This document shows positions 1 through 9,374 of a stretch of 20,000 nucleotides of DNA, piece after piece. The notes under the pieces were generated by a model. That model had not been told where the DNA came from, ran no database searches, and saw only the letters and a program-made list of their open reading frames with translations. Within the stretch, counting starts at the first letter, position 1, and each line of letters opens with the position of its first letter. The DNA is from an uncultured virus (IMG/VR IMGVR_UViG_3300042446_000574). Taxonomy: Duplodnaviria; Heunggongvirae; Uroviricota; Caudoviricetes. The DNA lies in IMG/VR virus record IMGVR_UViG_3300042446_000574, one strand, 5' to 3'. Made by a program: the position numbers and the translations under genes.

Positions 1-1901
1 ATGCGTTTATATGTTTGAAGATGGAAGGTTTTAAAAACGCCTTGCATCACATTTGTATAATTTGTGACTTCGTCGGAAAAAGAAAGGTTAAAATCACCGC
101 CGCTCGGGTCATTGTAATTTACCATGAAAGCCGCAGGAAAATCAAAAGCCGAAGCCGCTGAACTTGCTTCATCGTACAAACGAACATATCCGTCTAAGCC
201 GCTTCGCCTGCCTGCGTAATAAAGCAAACGAGGTGCCAAGTTATAATTGGGCTCAGCATCGGGAACGGTATTGTAATCGTCACCGAAAACAAGTGGCATC
301 TGAGCCCCGTATGTTCCACCCGTGGTAATTGTAACGTCGTTTATATGAATGGCTTTTGCAAAGAAATTTGTATATAAAAATTCAATGCCATTTGGGAATC
401 TATCCTGGGGGAAATTATAACCCCCTGAATAAATGTTAACTCCGCGCCTTGCTTCCTCTTTGTTCGTCGTGTCATCGTCCGTGGCATACGCCAGTACCTG
501 ACTTGATTTGTAATTATCTAAAATTGTCAATTCGCTTCCATCAATGTCACGGGTATTTAAGTCATACTTATTCGTATCCTTAAAAAAGCCGTCAAAAGTT
601 GTAAGGGTAATCGCTCCGCTTGCGTTTGCCCTGTATCTTACCGTATAATTGTCCTTTGGGTATGCATACACTTGTTTACTTAGTACGTCGGTCTCCCATG
701 CAAGATTGAAAATGGTTGTAAGGTCCACAATTATATCTTTGACATACCATGAATTAGGAATGATGTATTCCAAATTTACCGTCTCTCCTTGCTCTAATCC
801 TTCCTTTTGTGCCACCACGGACAAAGAACCATCAATAGTAAGACTAAAGGTTACGTTCTCATACCTCAGCCGCATTTTAACCAAGTCACCTGCCACCAAG
901 TCTCCCAGAAATTCAAGGGCAATAGAATCATTTAAAGATGTTTCATTGGTTAAATCATACGTTGAAACGTTGTTTCCGTTGACCTCAAAGAAAAGAATCA
1001 GTTCTGCGAATTGGTTTAAGTCACCAATGGAAGCCGTTAAGGTAACATTTAACTCAGCTATCAACTCGTATAAAGCATTAATCGGGACCGTGTAAACGCC
1101 ACCTGAGTAATTGCCTCCTGTGTCAAAGTTGGGTGACGTTGTTTCATTTGTGAATGCAATGTCAACCGTCCCGTAATCACCTGAGGAATAAACAAAGGAT
1201 GAAGGCGAAGGATTGGAAGCTCGAAGATTTACGAAGTCTGCAATGTAATCAGCATCAAGATTAAGTCCCATAGGAATAATCAAGCGGCTGAAAGGATCGG
1301 TTTTAAAAATACTGTTTAATTGGTATCCCTTATTTTGAAAAGCCTTTTCCAAGATTTGCCAAATGAAAATTGCGGGCGTCAACTCATTGTCAACAATGTA
1401 CGTTTCGTTTTCCCACGCTTTCCATTTCATCAAGATGAAACAATGTTCCGAAGTCAATGGATTATAATTGGTTTTTACCGTCGCCGTGGATACGGTTATG
1501 TCTTGCCAACCCAATGACCTGACTAAGATATTACCCACGTCGGCGAACCAATCCGCATTGTTTCCAATCAATGCGACTTTGTAATTATTCGCCTTGAATC
1601 CGTGGTTCATGGCGTTTAATTCCCCTGAATCCAACCGTGCTTTTCCCGTGAGTATTGGAACGCCATTTGCCTCAAGCCGTGCAGGAAGTAACTTGTAAGC
1701 ATTGGTGACAATGACATTTGGCGTCTCAATGTTTTCAAAGATTTCAATGTTTGTCTTTGTTCCGGGTAATGTTACATTCCTTTTAGAATGCGCGCCCGAT
1801 ATGTTTCCAAGTTCAATATTTTCAATAGAGTAATCAATGGTTACATTGACATCCTTTTGGTTTAAATCGACTTCTTGATTATTTATAAATAGTTTTATCA
1901 T
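1..1901 (-). CDS. Phage tail/baseplate-hub-like structural protein, truncated by the window edge (>630 aa)
   Basis: Missing from the ORF track because it runs off the edge. The ATG at 1901 overlaps the upstream stop (ATGA). Manual translation MIKLFINNQEVDLNQKDVNVTIDYSIENIELGNISGAHSKRNVTLPGTKTN... shows no stop to position 1. The N-terminus (S+xxxLPGTxxN) resembles Bacteroidota siphovirus tail proteins. Confidence 0.75.
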   Translation of the reverse strand, partial: MIKLFINNQEVDLNQKDVNVTIDYSIENIELGNISGAHSKRNVTLPGTKTNIEIFENIETPNVIVTNAYKLLPARLEANGVPILTGKARLDSGELNAMNHGFKANNYKVALIGNNADWFADVGNILVRSLGWQDITVSTATVKTNYNPLTSEHCFILMKWKAWENETYIVDNELTPAIFIWQILEKAFQNKGYQLNSIFKTDPFSRLIIPMGLNLDADYIADFVNLRASNPSPSSFVYSSGDYGTVDIAFTNETTSPNFDTGGNYSGGVYTVPINALYELIAELNVTLTASIGDLNQFAELILFFEVNGNNVSTYDLTNETSLNDSIALEFLGDLVAGDLVKMRLRYENVTFSLTIDGSLSVVAQKEGLEQGETVNLEYIIPNSWYVKDIIVDLTTIFNLAWETDVLSKQVYAYPKDNYTVRYRANASGAITLTTFDGFFKDTNKYDLNTRDIDGSELTILDNYKSSQVLAYATDDDTTNKEEARRGVNIYSGGYNFPQDRFPNGIEFLYTNFFAKAIHINDVTITTGGTYGAQMPLVFGDDYNTVPDAEPNYNLAPRLLYYAGRRSGLDGYVRLYDEASSAASAFDFPAAFMVNYNDPSGGDFNLSFSDEVTNYTNVMQGVFKTFHLQTYKR

Positions 1902-3100
1902 AGCTGAGCGACTGGCGTATTTTGGTAAATGATTTCAAAGGAAACACCAATATCCGTCGCCCTGTTGTTATCCTTGTTTATCTCACCGTTGGCAATGGTA
2001 ACGTTAACATATTTGCCATTCTCAATGATGTACACCTCAGGGGAGTTAAACATTGTGGCAATGTACAAAGCATCCTCATGACTTACCGCCACCGTGACCG
2101 TCTTACTTTTGTTTGACCTTTGATTAACCTTGATAACATTTTTATCAAACGTGTTAGCCTTTGGACTTGCGGCAATGTTCCACCGTTGCGCAAGGTTAAT
2201 CGTATCTGCGTTGCTCGTTTGCTTATCAATCATTAAGCCTGTAAACTGGTAACTTTCCGCGCCACCATGTTTTCCGAACCAATGAAGCTCAATGTTATCG
2301 TTGCAATTTGGGTAAATGTAAATGCGTTGCCTTTCGCTTAGGCGCGTGTATGCCCCGTCATAAGAGCCAACGGACACGTCGTAATAATCGTATAAATCTG
2401 GATTGGTTGGAAAATTGCCAGCGTGAAATATGGCAGTGTTTCCAAATATATTTGATACACCAACGGACAATGAATATAAATCATTGTTTGCCGTGGAGTT
2501 TAAATTGTCAACAATGGTGACGGCTGAAGAACCAGACTTTAAATAAAACTCAAATTGAGCTGCGTTTGTTCCACGTCCGAGGTAACTTAAAAATATGTTA
2601 CCTGAGGAATTGCATTTAATAAAATCATTCCTTTGTGTTAAGAATAAGAAAGGATTTGCTGAGGGTTGGTAAAAATCCCCCATGTCATATTCCCCATCGA
2701 CAAACAAGGAAGGTAAAACGTATGCCGTGGTGCTGCTTTGCGAAGCCGTGGAGGTAACGACAAAACCCGATGAATTAACCGTTTGATTAAACGCCGTGCA
2801 ATACAAAGATGAAATAACGTCGGTATTATTTGTAAGGCTGAACCCATAAAGGTTTCCGAAGAAACTTGTTTTGGCGTTTGTCTTTGGTGCAAGCTGAGTA
2901 ATCAAGAACGATTGGACATTTGTGTCAAACACTGCCGACGTTCCACTTGTCCCCGTTTGCGCTGCCAAGAAAGAACCTTCCAATGTTTCATCAAGGTAAA
3001 CATTGATTTGTTGCTGAATAACTCCCGACGGTTCAATGGAGCGAAACGCCACGGGGTAAAGGCTGCTTGAAATTGTATCGGGGTTTATCGTGTAACTCAT
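1898..3100 (-). CDS. Putative virion structural (tail) protein, 400 aa
   Basis: Long ORF, translationally coupled on both sides by ATGA overlaps. S/T/N-rich, with a C-terminal WxxxxGGxESYxF...SPEVY pattern typical of Bacteroidota phage tail-region proteins. Confidence 0.65.
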   Translation of the reverse strand: MSYTINPDTISSSLYPVAFRSIEPSGVIQQQINVYLDETLEGSFLAAQTGTSGTSAVFDTNVQSFLITQLAPKTNAKTSFFGNLYGFSLTNNTDVISSLYCTAFNQTVNSSGFVVTSTASQSSTTAYVLPSLFVDGEYDMGDFYQPSANPFLFLTQRNDFIKCNSSGNIFLSYLGRGTNAAQFEFYLKSGSSAVTIVDNLNSTANNDLYSLSVGVSNIFGNTAIFHAGNFPTNPDLYDYYDVSVGSYDGAYTRLSERQRIYIYPNCNDNIELHWFGKHGGAESYQFTGLMIDKQTSNADTINLAQRWNIAASPKANTFDKNVIKVNQRSNKSKTVTVAVSHEDALYIATMFNSPEVYIIENGKYVNVTIANGEINKDNNRATDIGVSFEIIYQNTPVAQL

Positions 3101-3624
3101 CTGTTTAAAATTGATTTGTAAAATGTTTCAACCGTGGTTTCAATGCTATATGTAATCGCCCTGTTTATCAACTCAGCCATTTCAGCCTCTTTCTTTTCCA
3201 ACGCCTGTTCAATAAAGCCCGTGCGCTTTCCTGTTTGTGAATGCTTTTGACTTTTAATCGTTGGCATTCCTTCTTTTTTATGTTTACTTGCAATGGCGAA
3301 GGCTATTGATTTAGCTTCTTTATCGGAAGCGCCAAACCTTTGTTTAGCATATTTCATTAAGCCTTTAATGTATTCGCTTTCCTTCCGTCCGCTTCCTGGG
3401 TAATACGGAATCTTTGTTGCAAGTACCCCTTTGTTATTTATTGCCATGTAATCAGGAACAAAGCCCTCAATGATTAATTCATTTGTTTGGAATCGTATTA
3501 CCGTTTCCATATTCTTTATGGCTGCCCCTGTCAAGTTATGCCCTTGCGATTTCCATTCATTCGCCACGGCGTCAATCGCCATTTGCGCAATGTTATCCGC
3601 CAACTTTTGCAATTCTTTCTCCAT
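3097..3624 (-). CDS. Putative tail completion / HK97 gp10-like morphogenesis protein
   Basis: 175 aa, basic. Contains a TG-xxxxS/N-like N-terminal motif, IAFAIA..H..EG and a C-terminal FIEQAL. Lies in the tail region. Confidence 0.55.
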   Translation of the reverse strand: MEKELQKLADNIAQMAIDAVANEWKSQGHNLTGAAIKNMETVIRFQTNELIIEGFVPDYMAINNKGVLATKIPYYPGSGRKESEYIKGLMKYAKQRFGASDKEAKSIAFAIASKHKKEGMPTIKSQKHSQTGKRTGFIEQALEKKEAEMAELINRAITYSIETTVETFYKSILNR

Positions 3625-3628
3625 AATG

Positions 3629-3653
3629 AAAAAGGTAACCCCGAAGGGCTACC
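3629..3653 (-). terminator. Rho-independent terminator with cUUCGg loop
   Basis: Minus strand reads GGTAGCCC-TTCG-GGGTTACC-TTTTT, just after the stop of the 129-aa gene. Confidence 0.75.
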
Positions 3654-3659
3654 GTGTTT

Positions 3660-4049
3660 TTATGCCACTGTCAAAGCCAATGCACTCGCGTTAAATTTCA
3701 CCTCATCCCCCGTTGCAATGGTCTTACTTGCCGTCAACGCGCCTGCAAATAACATATTTCCACCCGTGATGGTATCAAACACTGCCACGTGCGTAGCCGT
3801 TGCGCCCGATGCTGCACTTGATGTAATCGTAATCGCTGCCGTGTTCGTCAATGTCCCTGCGCCACCTGTTCCCCGTGTCCATCCACCTGCTGCAACGGCT
3901 ATGCGTGTGTACAAAGCACCTGTGGCAGAGCCTGCATCAGTTGGGTCTTGTGAATACAATTGGACAAAGGTAGACGTGGGAGCGGAAGCGAAGGTTGAGC
4001 CGTTTATCCACCCTGTGATTTGGTCTTCTAAATAATTTGAAAATGCCAT
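3660..4049 (-). CDS. Small virion/tail-fibre-associated structural protein, 129 aa
   Basis: Pattern SNYLE...LYxxDP...YxRxAV...THVAVFDxxTGGNMLFxGAL..SKTI..GD..F, widespread in phage tail modules. A/T/G-rich. Confidence 0.7.
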   Translation of the reverse strand: MAFSNYLEDQITGWINGSTFASAPTSTFVQLYSQDPTDAGSATGALYTRIAVAAGGWTRGTGGAGTLTNTAAITITSSAASGATATHVAVFDTITGGNMLFAGALTASKTIATGDEVKFNASALALTVA

Positions 4050-4068
4050 GATATTTATTTTTTGTTTA

Positions 4069-4308
4069 TTAATTTAATTCTGGGTAAATCACTGTAAATT
4101 CAATTGGTTCGCCCAAAACAGGAAGCAAGGTTTCATCGTAAATAATGTACCAAAATTGAGGGTCGTTTAATTCTGCAAATTGGTAATCTACCCAATTTTG
4201 AGTTACATCATTTGGATTCAAAGGAATGCCATAGTATTCATTGCATTGCAACTTTGCCTCAATGGCTTGGTTCTCCGTTGTATATTTGTAGCCTTTAATA
4301 GATTGCAT
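4069..4308 (-). CDS. Hypothetical protein, possible partner/chaperone of the upstream lectin-like domain
   Basis: 79-aa acidic ORF overlapping the end of the 596-aa gene. Confidence 0.6.
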   Translation of the reverse strand: MQSIKGYKYTTENQAIEAKLQCNEYYGIPLNPNDVTQNWVDYQFAELNDPQFWYIIYDETLLPVLGEPIEFTVIYPELN

Positions 4309-6085
4309 AATATGTGTTTATATTTGTTTCTATTCCTGTTCGATTTGTGGATTGGTAGCTATCCCATATAATTGCTTCGTTGGTTCTTATATCACTACCG
4401 CTTGCATTATTAAGCATAATTGAGTTAACTTGTGAATTAGTAGTTGGTGATATGGTTAATGATGTGTTTTGAGCATTTAAAGCACCGTTACGATAGTGCT
4501 GTTGTTGTACAGAACCTTGAATGTATGCTCCTAAGAGAAAATAAGCATTATTGGCGGTAGCGTTTACTCCAATTGAATTACTTGATGCTCCACTACCAAC
4601 ATTACTTTTTATTATATTGCTATTATTAAATTGTCCAATTAAACCATTTACTAAAGTATCTGCACCACCAGCCAGAGCTCCTAAGTATACTTTATAACTT
4701 GCTATGGCATTTGTCACATTATATAAAGTAATTAAATAAGTCCTATTTGCAGATAAAGAGAATGATGGAGTATTTAAAACCTGAGCGCTTGATGTGAATC
4801 TCATAATCGGTCTACCGCCTTGGGTTAGTAATGTTCCGCTTACTACTATTTGCGGCTGATTTGCCGCGGTTGATTGTGTTGCGTTATTTGCATTCCCACT
4901 TTGGTCATACCACGTTGTTACAAAGCCATTACCAACTCCACAAAAGGTTGTTAATGCTGATTCATCCAAATTACCACTTACAAAACCAATATCTTGTTCT
5001 GTGTTATCACTTGACCTCCTAACCCTTATTGCACTTCCTGCATAAGCCGTGCGCAATTTACGCAAAGAATAAGCCGCTCCTGCATTTGGATATAAATCAA
5101 GTAAAAATGAAGCAGATGAAGTCACCGTCAAATTCGCTGCCGTTGTCCCTGCCCCTGTCAAAGATGCACTTGCTAACTTTGATACTAAGGCACTTGCAGC
5201 AAGGGAGTTAGATGAAGTGAGTGAGGATGCTAAGTTCTTTGCAATGGTTGCATTGGATACCAATGTGCCATTTGCATTTAAAGATGATTCAAAAGTCTTT
5301 GCAATTTTCAAGTCACTTACCAATGTTCCATTTGCGTTTAATAAAGATTCAAAAGTCTTTGCTATTTTTAAATCACTATTCAATAAACTTGATGCCATTA
5401 TACTTGATTCCATTGTCTTTGCAAGTTGCAAATTGGAAATCAAGGAAGAGGAAGTGTCTAAACTTGATGCAACTTTTTGAACGAAGGAAATGTCAGCCGT
5501 CACCGTTGCCCTGCCTTCCAAGCTTGCGGCAAATTTCAACACCGTGGTCAATGATGCGGTTAAGTTGCTCGATGTTACAATGTTGGCAATGCACTGAACC
5601 AATGCGATAACGCCTGGCTCACAGTTGGTCGGTACAACCAAGTTGAAGCTAAGTTGCACGGTAATCATTCTTTGAAGCCCCGTAAAGGAATCAAAGGTAA
5701 TCGACGGCGCTTCGGGAATAAAAAGGTAATTGGGTAAAATGCTTTGTTTTATCTTGTTCAACCTTTGTACAAAGTAATTTGCATATTGTTGAAGATTTGC
5801 CCATTTGTCAATTTGTAACGTCGGGTCTTCGTCGCCTTCATTATCATATCCAAGTAAATCGTCAAAGAACAAGGTCACTTGATACGTGTCTTGTTTCCTT
5901 GTTTGGTCTGAGCCTGTTATCGTTGGCACGGCAAAGAAGACGCGCGGGAACTCGTTCAACTCCTGAAAGTCCTCAGTGTTTCCTTGTCGAACACGGTCGG
6001 AAGCCCAACCGAAATTGTAGCTTTTTATCGCCGTTATATTATCCGCGGTATCCTTGAAAATGTCGCTTATTTCCCTAATATTCAT
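4295..6085 (-). CDS. Tail-terminator-like N-terminal domain + 20-aa repeat stalk + arabinofuranosidase-B-catalytic/ConA-like C-terminal domain
   Basis: The N-terminal ~155 aa has tail completion-like features (FPRVFFAVP, YQVTLFFDD). About 8 repeats of 20 aa follow. The C-terminus carries the AAYSLRKLRTAYAGSAIRVRRSSDNTEQDIGF...VTTWYDQSGN motif. Confidence 0.65.
   Translation of the reverse strand: MNIREISDIFKDTADNITAIKSYNFGWASDRVRQGNTEDFQELNEFPRVFFAVPTITGSDQTRKQDTYQVTLFFDDLLGYDNEGDEDPTLQIDKWANLQQYANYFVQRLNKIKQSILPNYLFIPEAPSITFDSFTGLQRMITVQLSFNLVVPTNCEPGVIALVQCIANIVTSSNLTASLTTVLKFAASLEGRATVTADISFVQKVASSLDTSSSLISNLQLAKTMESSIMASSLLNSDLKIAKTFESLLNANGTLVSDLKIAKTFESSLNANGTLVSNATIAKNLASSLTSSNSLAASALVSKLASASLTGAGTTAANLTVTSSASFLLDLYPNAGAAYSLRKLRTAYAGSAIRVRRSSDNTEQDIGFVSGNLDESALTTFCGVGNGFVTTWYDQSGNANNATQSTAANQPQIVVSGTLLTQGGRPIMRFTSSAQVLNTPSFSLSANRTYLITLYNVTNAIASYKVYLGALAGGADTLVNGLIGQFNNSNIIKSNVGSGASSNSIGVNATANNAYFLLGAYIQGSVQQQHYRNGALNAQNTSLTISPTTNSQVNSIMLNNASGSDIRTNEAIIWDSYQSTNRTGIETNINTYYAIY
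5120..5602 (-). repeat. Coding tandem repeat, 60-bp / 20-aa period
   Basis: CTTTGC recurs at 5237, 5297, 5357 and 5417. Protein units include AKTMESSIMASSLLNSDLKI, AKTFESLLNANGTLVSDLKI and AKTFESSLNANGTLVSNATI. Confidence 0.85.
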
Positions 6086-6360
6086 TTTTTACTTTGCTTT
6101 TGTATTTCATGATACAAGTTATCCTCAGCCGCTTTGGACGCAAGGTATTGAAATACCTCGTACAAATTTGCCCTTTCGCTTGATTGTAAGGGCGTCAACC
6201 CTGCCAAGTTAAACAAGCCGCACTCAGCTATTTTTTTAATCGTCAAGTACCAACCGTATTTGTCATTCAATTGTCTTGAAGCGCTGGCATACTTTCCATC
6301 GCCTTTTTGAGCATAGAGGTCTGCAAATCTACTTGATAACTCTCGCTTAACTTCGTCAAA
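6082..6360 (-). CDS. Tail assembly chaperone, -1 frameshift extension (gpGT-like C-terminal part)
   Basis: The -1 frame is open from the T9 run (6358-6366): FDEVKRELSSRFADLYAQKGDGKYASASRQLNDKYGWYLTIKKIAE... The track ORF 6082..6270 starts only at an internal TTG. Confidence 0.7.
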   Translation of the reverse strand, partial: FDEVKRELSSRFADLYAQKGDGKYASASRQLNDKYGWYLTIKKIAECGLFNLAGLTPLQSSERANLYEVFQYLASKAAEDNLYHEIQKQSKK

Positions 6361-7160
6361 AAAAAACCAATTTCAAAGCCAACTTGTAAAGGCAATTTTA
6401 AAAAGTCAAGACAATTCCTTTGAAAAACCTCGTCGCTATATGCCTCGTCCTTCTTCCTGAGCAACACGGCTATAACATGAAGCAAGCCCTGTGCGTCATT
6501 GTTTTCAATCGCCTTGCGCCCCTTGTCAAATTGGGCTGCTTCCGCGAATTCAAGTAACGTGGACTTTGCCATTAGCTTATCAGGAAGATAATACAAAGTG
6601 CCATTGAAGTCGTAAATCTGTTTATACTTAAGTTCTTCGGGAACGCTAATCGCATTGAGTATCTTTGAAAACATGAAGGTTAAATATTTCAGCTCCAGAC
6701 TTTCCGCAACTTTGCCATAACAAGCATCTAAAGGAATGCCCGTGAAATAGTTTACCACCTTTGCCATGTACGGGTATTTTACCTGAGCCTCCCAGACTTC
6801 GTCCATGATTTCAAAACACTTGTCTAATGCCTTTTGATTTACGTTGAATTGGTCAATCAATGCTGGAAGGAAACGGCGCACATTGTCTTTGACATTATCT
6901 GTCAAAAGGATTATTTCACATTCTTGAACCACGTCCGCCCACAACTTATTCAAGTCAATGCCAATTTTCTTTGCATACGGTTTAATTTTTTCATACGCCG
7001 CGTTCATTTGCTTTTGTGCAACAAGGGCATCAAGTTCAACCTCGGGGTATTGAGGTAGGATAAATTTATGGAAGTAAACGTATTGTTCCAATGTTATATC
7101 AGCTGCGGTCTCAGGATAAAAATACTTTGTATCGGAGTGGCTTAAATGAAATTGTACCAT
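6267..7160 (-). CDS. Putative tail assembly chaperone (gpG-like), 297 aa
   Basis: Contains PETAADITLEQY and LLHVIAVLLR motifs and ...GFFL on a slippery T_TTT_TTT site near the 3' end. Confidence 0.65.
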   Translation of the reverse strand: MVQFHLSHSDTKYFYPETAADITLEQYVYFHKFILPQYPEVELDALVAQKQMNAAYEKIKPYAKKIGIDLNKLWADVVQECEIILLTDNVKDNVRRFLPALIDQFNVNQKALDKCFEIMDEVWEAQVKYPYMAKVVNYFTGIPLDACYGKVAESLELKYLTFMFSKILNAISVPEELKYKQIYDFNGTLYYLPDKLMAKSTLLEFAEAAQFDKGRKAIENNDAQGLLHVIAVLLRKKDEAYSDEVFQRNCLDFLKLPLQVGFEIGFFLTKLSESYQVDLQTSMLKKAMESMPALQDN

Positions 7161-7459
7161 TATTTTCGCTTGCTTTTTCTTATTGGTTCTGGAATATTAT
7201 CTGCGATGCTTGCGCTCGGCTCAATGTTCTTTTGATTTTCATTAACCTTTGGGGTTAATACTTTTTCATGGCTCACCAATGGCAATGATTCAGGTCTTTT
7301 TAATTCCCTGTACCTTCCTGTGCCAGTCAAACGAACCGCCTTTTCCAAGTGAGAACGAAGCAAAAGAAGTTGTTTCCTTTTCATTGGGTGTTCCTGTATC
7401 TCTTTGGTTATTTCCTCAATCAAGTGAATGATGTAAACCGCCTTTTCGTTGTTTGTCAT
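7160..7459 (-). CDS. Hypothetical protein (MTNNEKA...), 99 aa
   Basis: The likely start is the ATG at 7459, which overlaps the upstream stop (ATGA), rather than 7543. Confidence 0.6.
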   Translation of the reverse strand: MTNNEKAVYIIHLIEEITKEIQEHPMKRKQLLLLRSHLEKAVRLTGTGRYRELKRPESLPLVSHEKVLTPKVNENQKNIEPSASIADNIPEPIRKSKRK

Positions 7460-7698
7460 TTCGTTATGATATTTTTTAAATGCAATTCCACTTCGCACCA
7501 GTACGCCGTGTTTTCGTCCACGTCTGAGCCAAGTTGTCCGCAAATCGTTTGATTGTTACTTATGATTATGTCGGTCAAAAGCAAAGCTATTTTCTTTGCC
7601 TCAAGCCAACTGTCGTATTCACCCGTTACCACGTGTCGATAAGGCAATGTGTCGTAAATTATCAAATGCAATTCCCTTGCTTTTTCCTGAGCCGTCAT
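7456..7698 (-). CDS. Small MTxxEKA-family phage protein (paralogue 3)
   Basis: MTAQEKAREL...AKKIALL..D.II...YWCEVELHL. Confidence 0.75.
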   Translation of the reverse strand: MTAQEKARELHLIIYDTLPYRHVVTGEYDSWLEAKKIALLLTDIIISNNQTICGQLGSDVDENTAYWCEVELHLKNIITK

Positions 7699-7922
7699 AT
7701 ATTTTCTATTTCGTGTTCAACTTCTTCCCACCAATAATATTCAGCTTCGCTGCCAGGTACCATAATTCTCCACTTTTGTTTCAAGACCTCCCGTACCGCA
7801 TACAAGGCGCTTTGCTTTGCAAGGATGGAGACAAGGATCTCTTGCCCAAGTTCGCCTCCGATGCTTTGAATAAGGTTGTGATAATGGGTAAATAATTCGT
7901 CTGCTTTTTCTTTCGGGGTCAT
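7695..7922 (-). CDS. Small MTxxEKA-family phage protein (paralogue 2)
   Basis: MTPKEKADEL...AKQSALYAVREVL...YWWEEVEHEIENI. Confidence 0.75.
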   Translation of the reverse strand: MTPKEKADELFTHYHNLIQSIGGELGQEILVSILAKQSALYAVREVLKQKWRIMVPGSEAEYYWWEEVEHEIENI

Positions 7923-8137
7923 AATTTTTCAAGTTCTTGTTTAACTTCTTTCCAATAATTAATGGAAGGGGATGTGTCATGTGTAGCCGTTAAAAGATAA
8001 TGGATTTTTATTAACTCATCCACGGCAACCAAGGCGCATTTTTTAGCATTATTTTTTTTCATGTTATCGCCTAAAAATGAGGTTATTTCATTCCTGAACT
8101 TATCAATTAACTCCTCTGCTTTTTCTTTTGGTGTCAT
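7919..8137 (-). CDS. Small MTxxEKA-family phage protein (paralogue 1)
   Basis: MTPKEKAEEL...AKKCALVAVDELI...YWKEVKQELEKL. Start placed at 8137 by alignment with the paralogues. Confidence 0.75.
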   Translation of the reverse strand: MTPKEKAEELIDKFRNEITSFLGDNMKKNNAKKCALVAVDELIKIHYLLTATHDTSPSINYWKEVKQELEKL

Positions 8138-8144
8138 AGTTTTT

Positions 8145-9374
8145 TTAGTTGTGCGCAAGTGAATCCGAGCCTTGCATTAAACGAAGCGAGGCATAGCGAA
8201 CTCCGTCAAGCCCGTGCTGATGCATATCCATTGGCGTTGAAGATTTCTTGTCATTCCAAATATAATTCCTTAATTCAAACTTTAAATTATACGATTCCTC
8301 AGTAACCACAATGGTAAAATCAAGCATTCGTTTTATTCCGTCAACCACGCTGCCAGCGTACTTTTCCGTCTTATGTACATTGATACCATTTGAGATAAGC
8401 GCGTCAATCAAACGTGGTTCGCTCGTGTCCGCAACAATCATGGCATCGGTTTCAACCTCATTCCTAATCTTTGTTACAACCATGTCATACGAAAGGCTTT
8501 GTTCGTAAATGATTTCCTTCACATAAATCTTATTTGCCGTGTTATCAACCGCAACTTTGACAAGTGCCAAGGGGTCTGGATAAAATCCGAAGTCAAGCCC
8601 GTAGGCAAAAGGTAGGCTTGTATCAAATTCGCCCTCCACCCAGTTTGGAAATATTACGCCCTGTTTCTTATCCAGCCACTTCCCTAAAAACCTGTGCGCG
8701 TATGCCTCAGGTGACTTGCTTTTAATTGCCTCAATCTTTGCAATGTAATCCTTGCTTATGTTATGGTAATTATCAAGGTACGTGGTATGAATGTGGGTTA
8801 TATCTGGGTGCGTACTTATCGGGATCGAATGCCCATCAATCGTCTCCATGCGATGCGACTTTTCAAACCACCTCTTCCAAATCCAATGCTCCACGTCTTG
8901 CGGGTTCATGACAAGGATAACAAGGTTAGGAGTATCAGGCATACGAATGGATTCGTCAATGGTATCGAAGTCCTTTTCGCTTACAAATTCCTCAGCCTCA
9001 TCGACAATGAAAACATTTAACCCGGGTATCGACTTTAACTTTGCCGTTTGATTTCCTGAACTTGTTTTAATACCGGAAAAGATTATTTCACTCTTTGTCA
9101 CCTTGTGACCAATTTGCGTGTTGGTCATATTGAACTCGTCACCAACGCCAAGCAAATCAATCTTTTCACGGAACTCAGGAATCACGGAAATATTTGCACT
9201 TGATAACGTGTAACGGGTAAACAACACCTTCCAATTCTTGTAAGCAAGTAACATATTGCAAGCCCAAAGCCCCACGGTGAATGACTTTGCCGAACCACGC
9301 CCACCAGTGATGAGGAAGTAACGCGTCTGCGGTTGCCAAAGGGCTTGATATTTGTTACTAACTTTTATCTCCAT
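8145..9374 (-). CDS. terL: Terminase large subunit, PBSX family
   Basis: Walker A GGRGSAKS, Walker B FIVDEAEE, coupling motif MNP, FLGKW linker, RNase H-fold GLDFGF..DP and C-terminal H..D..RY. Confidence 0.95.
   Translation of the reverse strand: MEIKVSNKYQALWQPQTRYFLITGGRGSAKSFTVGLWACNMLLAYKNWKVLFTRYTLSSANISVIPEFREKIDLLGVGDEFNMTNTQIGHKVTKSEIIFSGIKTSSGNQTAKLKSIPGLNVFIVDEAEEFVSEKDFDTIDESIRMPDTPNLVILVMNPQDVEHWIWKRWFEKSHRMETIDGHSIPISTHPDITHIHTTYLDNYHNISKDYIAKIEAIKSKSPEAYAHRFLGKWLDKKQGVIFPNWVEGEFDTSLPFAYGLDFGFYPDPLALVKVAVDNTANKIYVKEIIYEQSLSYDMVVTKIRNEVETDAMIVADTSEPRLIDALISNGINVHKTEKYAGSVVDGIKRMLDFTIVVTEESYNLKFELRNYIWNDKKSSTPMDMHQHGLDGVRYASLRLMQGSDSLAHN

Noticed and set aside
5120..5602. CRISPR array or DGR repeat
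   Set aside because: These are in-frame degenerate coding repeats without spacers or adenine-specific variation, and no Cas or reverse transcriptase gene is in the window.
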